The notes beneath the pieces are model-generated. The model saw only the letters and a program-made list of their open reading frames with translations, was not told the origin of the DNA and searched no databases. A stretch of DNA of 63,903 nucleotides, the filler included, from Octopus bimaculoides (lineage: Eukaryota): NCBI RefSeq assembly GCF_001194135.2. It is 6 parts of 6 records of this genome, joined end to end, with 100 filler letters (N's around TTAATTAATTAA, not from the genome) between each part and the next. Parts side by side here need not be neighbours in the genome. Positions count along the whole stretch, not along the records: positions 1 to 31,187 come from NC_068995.1; positions 31,288 to 36,522 come from NC_068987.1; 4 more parts are not named here. One strand, given 5' to 3'. How positions within the stretch are numbered: position 1 is the first letter of the stretch; each line of letters opens with the position of its first letter. Positions 24,267 to 36,622 of this stretch are shown here, in pieces. The translations under genes were made by a program, and so were the position numbers.

Positions 24267-26837
24267 AGAGAGAGAGAGAGTGAGAGAGAGGGAGGGGGGG
24301 AAAAATTTTATGAAATACAGTGGTATTAAAGAACGAGAAGGAACAGAAACAAGAATACNNNNNNNNNNNNNNNNNNNNNNNNNNNNNNNNNNNNNNNNNN
24401 NNNNNNNNNNNNNNNNNNNNNNNNNNNNNNNNNNNNNNNNNNNNNNNNNNNNNNNNNNNNNNNNNNNNNNNNNNNNNNNNNNNNNNNNNNNNNNNNNNNN
24501 NNNNNNNNNNNNNNNNNNNNNNNNNNNNNNNNNNNNNNNNNNNNNNNNNNNNNNNNNNNNNNNNNNNNNNNNNNNNNNNNNNNNNNNNNNNNNNNNNNNN
24601 NNNNNNNNNNNNNNNNNNNNNNNNNNNNNNNNNNNNNNNNNNNNNNNNNNNNNNNNNNNNNNNNNNNNNNNNNNNNNNNNNNNNNNNNNNNNNNNNNNNN
24701 NNNNNNNNNNNNNNNNNNNNNNNNNNNNNNNNNNNNNNNNNNNNNNNNNNNNNNNNNNNNNNNNNNNNNNNNNNNNNNNNNNNNNNNNNNNNNNNNNNNN
24801 NNNNNNNNNNNNNNNNNNNNNNNNNNNNNNNNNNNNNNNNNNNNNNNNNNNNNNNNNNNNNNNNNNNNNNNNNNNNNNNNNNNNNNNNNNNNNNNNNNNN
24901 NNNNNNNNNNNNNNNNNNNNNNNNNNNNNNNNNNNNNNNNNNNNNNNNNNNNNNNNNNNNNNNNNNNNNNNNNNNNNNNNNNNNNNNNNNNNNNNNNNNN
25001 NNNNNNNNNNNNNNNNNNNNNNNNNNNNNNNNNNNNNNNNNNNNNNNNNNNNNNNNNNNNNNNNNNNNNNNNNNNNNNNNNNNNNNNNNNNNNNNNNNNN
25101 NNNNNNNNNNNNNNNNNNNNNNNNNNNNNNNNNNNNNNNNNNNNNNNNNNNNNNNNNNNNNNNNNNNNNNNNNNNNNNNNNNNNNNNNNNNNNNNNNNNN
25201 NNNNNNNNNNNNNNNNNNNNNNNNNNNNNNNNNNNNNNNNNNNNNNNNNNNNNNNNNNNNNNNNNNNNNNNNNNNNNNNNNNNNNNNNNNNNNNNNNNNN
25301 NNNNNNNNNNNNNNNNNNNNNNNNNNNNNNNNNNNNNNNNNNNNTATATATATATATATATATATGCATGTATGTATGCATGTATGTATGTATGCATGTA
25401 TGTATGTATGTATGTATGTATGTATGTATTTATGTATGTATGTCTATCGTCAGTGGATCCTACATCCGAAAAAGATGGATACTCTAAAAGTTAGAGTAGT
25501 AACGTACTTACATGATTCAAATATATGTCCGGTCATTGAGTGACCTTTAGTTTCGCACCCATATATATACATACATACACACATGCACACATATAAACAT
25601 ATACATACATATATATATATGCTTGTTTTATTGTGTGAATATTCGTTACAGTATGTCTGTATGCGTGCGTCAAATATCTCAATAAATCATAGTGTATGTG
25701 GACGTTGTTGTTGCTGTTGTTTAACCCTAGTTCAGCCTTGAGAAAGGGGACTCGTTAGCAAAATCTTCCATCAGTGTATTATGTATATTTAGCTCTACAT
25801 TTATACAATATGTCACTCCTTCTTTCGCTGATCACGACAGGGTCTGTTTATAAACAGAACTTCGGTATCTGTTCCTATCTGTCTTGGCGAATCGTTTATT
25901 ACTATGTCGTGGCACAAGTAATTTGTGCATTGTTATATATACAGTATTTCACAGAAGTATGTACACCCCTAAAAAATGTCAGTAAAATTGCCATTACTCT
26001 GATAATATCGAAGGAAATCAAACGAAATTAATCCTGAATAAAATATATTATACATGCAAACATTATACAAATTAGAAACACAAAAGAATAGACATTTTCA
26101 AAGATATGAACGAAATATTAATTTTCAAACGTTATCAATATATATATATATATATATATCTTTGAACGTATGTGTGTGTGCTTGTCTGTATTNNNNNNNN
26201 NNNNNNNNNNNNNNNNNNNNNNNNNNNNNNNNNNNNNNNNNNNNNNNNNNNNNNNNNNNNNNNNNNNNNNNNNNNNNNNNNNNNNNNNNNNNNNNNNNNN
26301 NNNNNNNNNNNNNNNNNNNNNNNNNNNNNNNNNNNNNNNNNNNNNNNNNNNNNNNNNNNNNNNNNNNNNNNNNNNNNNNNNNNNNNNNNNNNNNNNNNNN
26401 NNNNNNNNNNNNNNNNNNNNNNNNNNNNNNNNNNNNNNNNNNNNNNNNNNNNNNNNNNNNNNNNNNNNNNNNNNNNNNNNNNNNNNNNNNNNNNNNNNNN
26501 NNNNNNNNNNNNNNNNNNNNNNNNNNNNNNNNNNNNNNNNNNNNNNNNNNNNNNNNNNNNNNNNNNNNNNNNNNNNNNNNNNNNNNNNNNNNNNNNNNNN
26601 NNTATTCAGGGACCTTTTGAGATGGATGGGCTACTCGACCTGAAGAAAATTCTAACTAGGCCCCACCTGCGAAGTCATGCGCTGTTTATCTTGATATGCG
26701 ATCACAATATCGCGCACATATGGTTGTGATGCATGTGCCTGGTGTACCCTTATCAGGCGGGTAGTCATGATGTGTATACTGGGCTTCGTATATTTTACCC
26801 CAGTGTCACTTTGATGGCATGCACTGCTCTCTCACTC

Positions 26838-26871
<34 letters not shown>

Positions 26872-26875
<4 letters not shown>

Positions 26876-27081
26876 CTTCAAATTTTGGCACAAGGGAAAC
26901 AATTTCAGGATTCGAGTAAGTCGATCACATGGTCCCCATTGCTCAGCTGGTACTTATTTCGTCGCCCCCGAAAGGATGAAAACCAAAGTCGACCTCGGCG
27001 GAATTTGAACTAAGAACGTGAAGATTGGCGAAATGCTGCAAGGCATTTCAAACTGCTAACGAATCAACCAGCTCAATGCCC

Positions 27082-27084
<3 letters not shown>
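26872..27084 (-). mobile_element. SINE family A between two (AAT)n tracts
   Basis: cccgaaaggatgaaaaccaaagtcgacctcggcggaatttgaactaagaacg...gctaacgaatcaaccagctc. Confidence 0.9.
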
Positions 27085-27144
<60 letters not shown>

Positions 27145-27553
27145 GATAGATAACTAAATAAAAATGTTACATGTGAAATATCAACATTGCTTAATTAGTG
27201 AGCAAAGTTTCGCTGGATCTTGCTGCAAGTTGGCTTTTGTCATTGGCCGGAAGTCATAATGTATGTAGAGCAATGTGTTCTCCTGACTTCCTGGCTGTCG
27301 TCGGCATTACGTTGACATCACCAATGAAGACGGATGAGAGAAATTCGTGTCGGATTGTCGCTTAATTTGTTTGTATCGTGCAAATATCTCTTTAGATTTG
27401 CGTATACACAGCGCCATAAAGAAAAAGAAAAAGGAAGGTTAGTTCCGCTCTAGTATCTATCTATCTATCTATCTATTTCTATCCAGTTGTATATCTATTA
27501 TCTATTCTTCCATTTGCCTATCAATCTATCTATCTACCTACTTGCATGTAAGG

Positions 27554-27602
<49 letters not shown>

Positions 27603-27612
27603 NNNNNNNNNN

Positions 27613-27685
<73 letters not shown>

Positions 27686-28235
27686 GTATACATACACACA
27701 CATATACATTCAATCAAACATACACAGAGATAAAGAATCATGCATGCATACACATATAGACGCACACATCTTTGAGCTCGGTAGCAACATATATCGATAC
27801 ACAGATCAACAGGTAGACTGACAGTTAGACAGAGAGGCAGCGTGTGTGTATGTGTATACATACATACATGTATATAATATATGTATATAATATGTATATA
27901 ATATATATATATATATATANNNNNNNNNNNNNNNNNNNNNNNNNNNNNNNNNNNNNNNNNNNNNNNNNNNNNNNNNNNNNNNNNNNNNNNNNNNNNNNNN
28001 NNNNNNNNNNNNNNNNNNNNNNNNNNNNNNNNNNNNNNNNNNNNNNNNNNNNNNNNNNNNNNNNNNNNNNNNNNNNNNNNNNNNNNNNNNNNNNNNNNNN
28101 NNNNNNNNNNNNNNNNNNNNNNNNNNNNNNNNNNNNNNNNNNNNNNNNNNNNNNNNNNNNNNNNNNNNNNNNNNNNNNNNNNNNNNNNNNNNNNNNNNNN
28201 NNNNNNNNNNNNNNNNNNNNNNNNNNNNNNNNNNN

Positions 28236-28276
<41 letters not shown>

Positions 28277-28384
28277 CGCGCGCGCATACATACTGACGGA
28301 AACAGCATTCAATAATCCAGAAATGAAAAAAAAATATACGTAGATAAAAATAAAATGCTCTGCGAATAATGAGTTGGTATTTGA

Positions 28385-28441
<57 letters not shown>

Positions 28442-28580
28442 GCAGTCACACAGACAGAAATGATAACAGAGAGATGGACAAACTGAATTGTAGATTAATG
28501 TACTCGAAACCGAATTTCCGTGGTTATGAAGCTAACCGTTTATCCTCCCAGTCATATTTGCATCCATTCAGAAGAAGACG

Positions 28581-28731
28581 GAGGAGGAGGAGGAGGAGGA
28601 GAAGAAGAAGAAGAAGAAGAAGAAGAAGAAGAAGAAGAAGAAGAAGAAGAAGAAGAAGAAGAAGAAGAAGAAAAAGAAGAAGAAGAAGAAGAAGAAGAAG
28701 AAGAAGAAGAAGAAGAAGAAGAAGAAGAAGA
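28581..28731. repeat. (GGA)n(GAA)n microsatellite
   Basis: Directly visible; source of the poly-E/R/K ORFs. Confidence 0.97.
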
Positions 28732-29567
28732 ATTGACCATCGTGTTGAACATGTATTGTATTTATGAACCTGAAATGATGAAATGCAAAGGGACCTCGGC
28801 AGGATTTGAAATGAAAAGAAATAAACACCCTTTAAGGATTCCACTAAATCACTGGTTAAATGAACGGACAAATCCTTGTGACTTTAGCTCGCTATCTGTG
28901 GTCGTTTGTCATGTTATAAATAGTAGCGAAATCTCCCTCAAAGCACATCCGGCTGGCTAGATGTTTTACATACTAAATTGCAAATATTTCACACCTCAAC
29001 GTCAACTGAGCCAGCAACGATGTCTCTACAAGGATTCTTCACCCGTTAGAAATAGCAGCAAAATCTTCCGTGCGTCTAAAATTAGTATGGATGCATTAGC
29101 TAAAAGAACGGGATGTAAACGGCTGTAGAAATGCTTTTGAACTTAGGTCACTTTGGATCAAGGTCGCACTAGAACTAAACAGCAGCAACAACAACAGTAA
29201 CAACACTGCCATTACTAATCTAACGTCTGTTTTTATTTTGAAGAAGGCAACAGCAAGATGATGGTTACTGTTGTGTTCCACTTAAATCTTATTGGTTGAA
29301 ACCATGTCAGAAAATCAATAATAATCCATTAGCACATGAAGTGAAGGTTATTAACTCCATGTTATGTAACTTTCATTAATAATTGTATGAATATATACAT
29401 CCACAGATAGATGGAGGGAGAGAGCTAGAGAGAGAGAGAGAGAGAGAGAGGGGGGGAGGAGAAGGAAGGCGGAGGAGAGGGAAGGAAGGAGAGAGAAAGT
29501 CAGAGAGACAGACATATAAACACACATATGTAAATATATATAGATATATATATCGATAGATAGATGG

Positions 29568-29605
<38 letters not shown>

Positions 29606-29989
29606 GGGGGGGAGAGAGATAGGACATAAATAGATATAAATCTAGACATAGACATGAAGATAATAGATATACAGACACGCGCAAACATATAAACAGCATA
29701 TATATTCGTGTATGTACGTATNNNNNNNNNNNNNNNNNNNNNNNNNNNNNNNNNNNNNNNNNNNNNNNNNNNNNNNNNNNNNNNNNNNNNNNNNNNNNNN
29801 NNNNNNNNNNNNNNNNNNNNNNNNNNNNNNNNNNNNNNNNNNNNNNNNNNNNNNNNNNNNNNNNNNNNNNNNNNNNNNNNNNNNNNNNNNNNNNNNNNNN
29901 NNNNNNNNNNNNNNNNNNNNNNNNNNNNNNNNNNNNNNNNNNNNNNNNNNNNNNNNNNNNNNNNNNNNNNNNNNNNNNNNNNNNNNNNN

Positions 29990-30310
29990 ACTCCCTATGC
30001 AGAGTTTGACCACCTCCCGTACCTACACCTTATCACCGTCATGGCCTCTGATGTGGCTTTTTAAACCAGACAATGTTCTGAAAAGATACCCACATAGATT
30101 GCACCTCCGATTTGGACCACCAAGAGCTGCAGATAAGTTCTGATCTTTGTGGATCTTAAAATGTCTTTTGAGGTCTTCGTTGGATTTGCAAACCTTCTGG
30201 CATACACTGCATTCAAAGGTGTGCACAGACATATAGGCAGAATAGTTGGTGGAGTTTCGTTTTCTATGGGTTCGTAGATGAGATTTGAGCCCAGCCAAAG
30301 ACAGGGGAGA
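29990..30310 (-). mobile_element. 3' end of an RTE-like LINE ORF carrying three C2H2 zinc fingers (first partial)
   Basis: ORF 30023..30298 reads LAGLKSHLRTH, FECSVCQKVCKSNEDLKRHFKIH and CNLCGYLFRTLSGLKSHIRGH, with long non-TGEKP spacers, then a stop and a short UTR running into a gap. The xGLxSHxRxH finger resembles the terminal finger of RTE/BovB ORFs. A host ZNF exon is not excluded. Confidence 0.65.
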
Positions 30311-30321
30311 ACCCAGTCTTG

Positions 30322-30652
30322 GTAGTCATACCTAACATCTGGCCACCTAACTACCCAGACAGCAACTCCCTTGATTATTATGAATGGTGCGTAGTTGAGC
30401 GAGAGACCAACAAAACTCCTTGTAACACCAATGATGAACCGAAGGCAAGGATTATGACAGCATTCACCAACTTAAACAAGGAGACCGTTCAGAAGAGTTG
30501 CAGGAGATTCCGGAGTCGTCTGGAGGCCGTGGCTGAAGCCAATGACGATTCTTATTTCAATGAAATTTTGGTACTTATATTTCATAAAATGAGATGTCAG
30601 TGTTATTTTCATTTTTGCGTAATTTAGACGACAGTGTTCGCACCGCATCTTG
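30322..30652 (+). mobile_element. Tc1/mariner superfamily (maT/DD37D-like) transposase 3' fragment with right TIR
   Basis: PNIWPPNYPDSNSLDYYEWCVVERETNK matches the WPPxSPDxNPxDY motif; ends caccgcatcttg followed by TA (30653-30654). Confidence 0.88.
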
Positions 30653-30835
30653 TAATAACAGATAAACATTTTTCTGGGTTAACCAGGCTAGCATTGGTTT
30701 CATGTAGAGCGAAATCTCACCGATAATCAAGCCTATCACATATGAAATTTGGTACTTGTCTCAATTCTGGATGACAATACTCGAAGCTTCGTGTATTTTC
30801 TCGACATGAAACCAATAGTAGCCTTGTTAGCATAT

Positions 30836-30999
30836 AGGCGCAGAAGTGGCTGTGTGGTAAGTAGCTCGTTTACCAACCACATGGTTCAGGGTTTAGTCCC
30901 ACTGCGTACCACCTTGGGCAAGTGTCTTCTACTATAGCCTCGGGCCGACCAAAGACTTGTGAGAGGATTTGGTAGACGGAAACTGAAATAAGCCTGTCG

Positions 31000-31053
<54 letters not shown>

Positions 31054-31187
31054 TGTGTTTGTCCTCCCCATCATCACTTGACAACCGATGCTGGTGTGTT
31101 TACGTCTCCGTAACTTAGCGGTTCGGCAAAAATGACCGATAGAATAAGTATCAGGCTTATAAAGAATAAGTCCTGGGGTCGATTTTC
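30836..31187 (+). mobile_element. SINE family B, cut by scaffold join
   Basis: aggcgcagaagtggctgtgtggtaagtagc...gtttagtccc...[TG]n...aagaataagtcctggggtcgatt. Confidence 0.93.
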
Positions 31188-31287
31188 NNNNNNNNNNNNN
31201 NNNNNNNNNNNNNNNNNNNNNNNNNNNNNNNTTAATTAATTAANNNNNNNNNNNNNNNNNNNNNNNNNNNNNNNNNNNNNNNNNNNN
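31188..31287. other. Artificial scaffold spacer N44-TTAATTAATTAA-N44
   Basis: Identical 100-bp structure at 31188, 36523, 57841, 59790 and 62311; the 12-mer has stops in all six frames. Confidence 0.95.
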
Positions 31288-31317
31288 ATATATATATATA
31301 TATATATACATATATAC

Positions 31318-31480
31318 TATGGGCTTCTTTCAGTTTCCGTCTACCAAATCCACTCACAAGGCTTTGGTCGGCCCGAGGCTATAGCAGAAGACACTTGCCC
31401 AAGGTGCCACGAAGTGGGACTGAACCCAGAACCATGTGGTTGGTAAGCAAGCTACTTACCACACAGCCACTCCTACGTCT
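31318..31480 (-). mobile_element. SINE family B 5' half
   Basis: gggcttctttcagtttccgtctacc...cttgcccaaggtgccacg...ttaccacacagccactcct is the reverse complement of the family B head. Confidence 0.93.
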
Positions 31481-32219
31481 ACGCACACAGTCGCTCCTAA
31501 AATGTCTCGTGGAATTTTGGTGAAGAAGCATAATAGCGATGGTAAAGTGGATGAATTCGATGAGTTTTGCTAGTTGGTCTTAGACTCGGATTGTTAATTC
31601 ATACTAACCAAATCTGCTGTGTTAATGATTGAGGAAAGTGCCATATGAAAAAGGCACGGTTTGTGTACATGTTGGAGTTGTGTGTAAAGACTTATTCATC
31701 AGGCAGTTGCGTAGTTCTTTTCAATGTGCTGTAGAATATTTGTATGTGCAACAGTAGCTGTGACTCAGATATGTGAACCCTTGTCTAGTGTTGAACACAA
31801 ACTTGCCTCTTGAATAGGTCAAATGTTATTAAGATCTAATGTAATTAGTTTCTTATAGAGAGGACATTGATCACTTCAAAATTTCAACTATGTTAAAATA
31901 AGGGGTCGTTATGTTGAGATATGCAGCGTGGACAGTTTTAGACGATGCATTTATGTCTAGAATAAAACATGTGGTTGCCGACAGAGGTCTTTAGGGATTA
32001 TAAAGCCTTGCATTATGAAATCCGTTCGATAAATTTCAGCTTTCTGATATCCATGGATAGTGACTAAGTGATTATGATACTAGTTGTCTTGATACTTATA
32101 GTGACTGTGTTTAGGTTGGTGCACCAGAAACCAGCTTGTCACTTCTGCTTTGAGGGTGTTATAAACGTTTCTCTTTCTTTGCTTGTTTGTTTGTTTGTTT
32201 GTTTGTTTGTTTGTCTGTT

Positions 32220-32251
<32 letters not shown>

Positions 32252-32332
32252 TTGTACAAGAAAGCAATAGTGCTGGTGTTACGTGACGATGAGCAACAAT
32301 AATGGCCGAGTTCGAAAGGTTATCAGGCAATG

Positions 32333-32367
<35 letters not shown>

Positions 32368-32680
32368 CGCACACACACACACACACACATTCTTCATGCA
32401 TAAACACACGAATATATATGTGGTGTGTACACGCTATACACACACAGATATATACTCACGCACAGATATACACATATGCATGTGAATAAGCTAACGATAG
32501 GCAAGACATGAAGTCCTAGCAAGTTTGAACTTTACCAAAAATTTGATTCTATGCTGACTAGAGATACAATATTGGTAAATATCCAGTTGCTCTCCTTAAA
32601 AGCGCTTTAAAATAATTTAAACCTCTCTGTAACAGTTTCCTTCATTTGAAATAACATTCAAATGCGACCATATTGCATCA

Positions 32681-32762
<82 letters not shown>

Positions 32763-32833
32763 GGACTATATCGGTTACTGTAGCAGTATTTGACATTGCA
32801 GCTTTTAATCAGTGACTAAAAGAAAACGATGCT

Positions 32834-32864
<31 letters not shown>

Positions 32865-33474
32865 ATGATATACAATTGTAATTTTTGTAACAGCTCAGTC
32901 AAGCTATGCCAACAATTTCGATTCAGAAACTGGTCATTTTATACTATTTCCTAAGTTTCCATCATTTCTTTTTCTACGTATTTTGTTTTGTCAATATATA
33001 TATATATATATATATNNNNNNNNNNNNNNNNNNNNNNNNNNNNNNNNNNNNNNNNNNNNNNNNNNNNNNNNNNNNNNNNNNNNNNNNNNNNNNNNNNNNN
33101 NNNNNNNNNNNNNNNNNNNNNNNNNNNNNNNNNNNNNNNNNNNNNNNNNNNNNNNNNNNNNNNNNNNNNNNNNNNNNNNNNNNNNNNNNNNNNNNNNNNN
33201 NNNNNNNNNNNNNNNNNNNNNNNNNNNNNNNNNNNNNNNNNNNNNNNNNNNNNNNNNNNNNNNNNNNNNNNNNNNNNNNNNNNNNNNNNNNNNNNNNNNN
33301 NNNNNNNNNNNNNNNNNNNNNNNNNNNNNNNNNNNNNNNNNNNNNNNNNNNNNNNNNNNNNNNNNTGTATGTATGTATGTATGTATGTATGTATGTGTGT
33401 GTGTGCATATATGTTTTATATATATGTATATATATGTATGTATACATAAATACATACATACATACATACATATA

Positions 33475-33765
33475 TCAATAAAGTATCAGGACTGTTGTCA
33501 TAGTAACGAAGCTAAAGTATGCAGCGTAAAACCGTTTGTCACAGATTGGCCTTGGACTCTGTTGTGCATGCGCACTAAGTTTTACCGTTGAAGCTCATTT
33601 CCGCTGCTTACAGCAGTGGTTTGGATTAACGCGTGTAGCGTGTGTTCGTCGCATTGACCATAACAGAGGAAACTGTGCGGAGAATCTGCATCAAATTTTG
33701 CCAAAAGCTTAGCGATATCTACTGAAAGGCCTATACAAAGGTTTCGAAAACTTTTCATCGTTCTC
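33475..33765 (+). mobile_element. Mariner 5' end fragment
   Basis: tcaataaagtatcaggactgttgtcatagtaacgaagctaaa... is homologous to the minus-strand copy ending at 34573; it includes RICIKFCQKL-like coding sequence (agaatctgcatcaaattttgccaaaagctt). Confidence 0.8.
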
Positions 33766-33799
33766 GACAATCAAGATTTTGTGCAACTGAATCCCGATT

Positions 33800-33990
33800 A
33801 TATTATTTACATTATTTATATTATTTACATTTGATGGATATTTGTCCTTTTCTTCTGTTGTGTCCGGGGAGAGTCATTTTCTTATTGTGCCTTAAAATTT
33901 AACACACTCACCGGTAAAATTTCTACTTATTTCTTATTTTTGTTTTGTTTGTTGCCAACACAACGTTTCGGCTGATATACCCTCCAGCCT
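33800..33990 (-). mobile_element. Penelope-like element terminal remnant with truncated minimal hammerhead
   Basis: Minus strand AGGCUG-GAGGGUAUAU-CAGCC-GAAACGUU gives stem II, GAAA and a palindromic ACGU; the upstream CUGAUGA is absent. Confidence 0.55.
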
Positions 33991-34024
33991 AAATATAGAA
34001 CTGTATGAATCCCGAGTGTCTCTT

Positions 34025-34573
34025 TGATAAACTGAAAGTAGTTTGGCACACTCTTGGCAGATACGCGTCTCATAGCCAAATCTTCAGTGATAATGAACTG
34101 AACTGAACCGTAACTAATCTGCTCATCCTCTGATAACTCACAGATGGTGATTCGACGATTTTCCCTCACAGCTCCACGCACATCTGTAATTTTTTTCTCA
34201 GTTCTGTTGATTGCGGGTCTCCCAGAACCTTCGTCCCTATCGACATTTTTCACCCATCTTGGAAACGACTGAACCACTCGAACACTTGTGTGCAGCTTGT
34301 ACACTCCTTTCCATACACTTTCTGCAGTTTTGTGTACTTGCCTCTGAGCAGGTATCGCCATGACAACATTCTCTGTCATCATCAATGCGACGATCACACG
34401 TTGCACACATTATTTCGAAGCACTGCTGTAAACAGCGTAAGAGAGCTACAACGTTAAAACTTAGTGTACATGCACAGCAGAGACCAAGGTAAATCTGTGC
34501 CAAGTGGCTTACCCCTGCGTGTTTTAGCTTCGTTACTATGGCAACAGTCCGAATACTTATTGATTAGACCTCG
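34025..34573 (-). mobile_element. Mariner transposon 5' fragment (TIR plus N-terminal HTH region)
   Basis: Starts TA|cgaggtctaatcaataagtattcggact; translation ...EGSGRP...VRENRRITICELSEDEQISYGSVQFIITEDLAMRRVSAKSVP matches the mariner HTH2 and linker (RRxTIxEL...ISxGSV...L.MRRVSAKxVP). Confidence 0.9.
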
Positions 34574-34609
34574 TATATGTGTATATGTGTGTGTTTGTAT
34601 CAATACACG

Positions 34610-34653
<44 letters not shown>

Positions 34654-36436
34654 CACACACGCTCACACGCACACACACACACACACACATAAACACACGC
34701 ATATATGAGACGGAGATGATGTGTAGGACATACTGCATACTGCAATAAAATGTTTTTAAAATGGCGACATAGTTTATATTCTAATCTCAAGCGAACCTTA
34801 CACTGAAAGAAAGTTCATAACAACCGTGTTAGAACGGAGTGCAAAGCGTTAAATTAAGAGGGAAAACTCTCTTATTCATAATGTATGAGGCTAAGGGTTT
34901 GATTGTTGTATAGAATGTCTTAGATTCAGCTACATTCTGTTTATTCAGTTTTTGACTGAAGTCCCTGTAAATATCTGCAACATTTGTTCCACAACAGTTT
35001 AAAACCTACTGAAATCAAGATCAAATATCAGGTCATTGAAGCATGTTGATTCTATATATAAATGCTCAAGCATATTCACAGCAATGTCTTATGTATCTGA
35101 ATAAGGTCCCTGTCAAAAAGAATTCCCTAGCACGTAGTTTAAGTAAACTGATATATACCTTTCCTTAGAAAAACTGTTACGTGTCCCTCCTCCATAAATA
35201 ATTGAAAATCTGTTTGAAAGTATAAACAGCTCGAAATCAAACAGATGAACAAAACATCCAGGTTCTGTATTGAACAAAACAGGCGTTCGTGTATCTGTAT
35301 GCGTTTGTGTGTGGATGTGTGTGTGTGCGGATACACACACACACACTAATATATATAGAGCGAGAGAGTAGATATAGATATTCATACGTTCATACATACA
35401 TACATACGTACCTACATACATACACACTCATACATACATACATACATGCAGACATACATTCATGCGTACACAAATGCATGCATGTATCATTTATGAATCA
35501 GGTCTAATATATGATGGANNNNNNNNNNNNNNNNNNNNNNNNNNNNNNNNNNNNNNNNNNNNNNNNNNNNNNATACATACATACGTACCTACATACATAC
35601 ACACTCATACATACATACATACATGCAGACATACATTCATGCGTACACAAATGCATGCATGTATCATTTATGAATCAGGTCTAATATATGATGGAGTCTC
35701 TTCATGCAAATGCTCTCTGTCCATGGTCTGCAATTAGTGCACTGTGGCGGAAATACCACAGATGTACCAAACGGCCAAAGTCAATAATTCAAGCTGTTAT
35801 AGTTCACTATTGTAACAATGGTTTGTGTTGTAATCAATGAAATCTCCACTGGTAACAGTTTCTCTATCTTGGTGTGTCAGCCTATAGCAACAGCAGAGTT
35901 GTCTCCCGTGCAGGATGCTTATCCTTGCACGAAAAGTTTTTAGTCTTTGATCAAGTAAATAAGCGTGTAGTAATATTGTAAATGTCTTCCAGTTTCTTTC
36001 CTTTCGTTTTTCAGTTAATTATCGTATATCATTGTCAAGTCGTTCAAAATAATTCATTATTGATTTATCACGTGCATGCATAATTTTAGCTTTTATCAGC
36101 ATTAAAGTGTTAGATTTTTAGTTAGGAAGGGATGTGCTACATGATTATTTCCTTCATACATATCTCGAATGTAAATGTTTTCTTAAGGTATGCTTGTAAC
36201 GTCCAAAATCATGGCTGTTTTTCTCCATACAGTTCTCTTCCATTCCGTGTGTCAATGTTGCCGCTTATCTCCAACTCAGCATTCTAGATGTGACAATCCA
36301 GTTTTTCCAGACATATACTATAGGATTCAACGTACACTTTATTCTTCTAATCAATCCTGGAAATATTTCACTGCTATTTCTAGCAGTCGAATGACCTAGT
36401 ATTTCGATCTAACAAATAGTTCGAGCATTATTAGTT

Positions 36437-36522
<86 letters not shown>

Positions 36523-36622
36523 NNNNNNNNNNNNNNNNNNNNNNNNNNNNNNNNNNNNNNNNNNNNTTAATTAATTAANNNNNNNNNNNNNNNNNNNNNN
36601 NNNNNNNNNNNNNNNNNNNNNN

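Noticed and set aside
31520-32000. Possible CR1/L2 endonuclease remnant on the minus strand
   Set aside because: Only vague motif echoes across several stops; not supportable by eye.
35395-35700. ~125-bp direct repeat on both sides of an N gap
   Set aside because: Identical flanks around a gap are the typical unmerged contig-overlap artefact.
35907-35931. 10-bp hairpin cgtgcaggat-gctt-atccttgcacg
   Set aside because: Isolated, matches no RNA motif I recognise, and is expected occasionally by chance.
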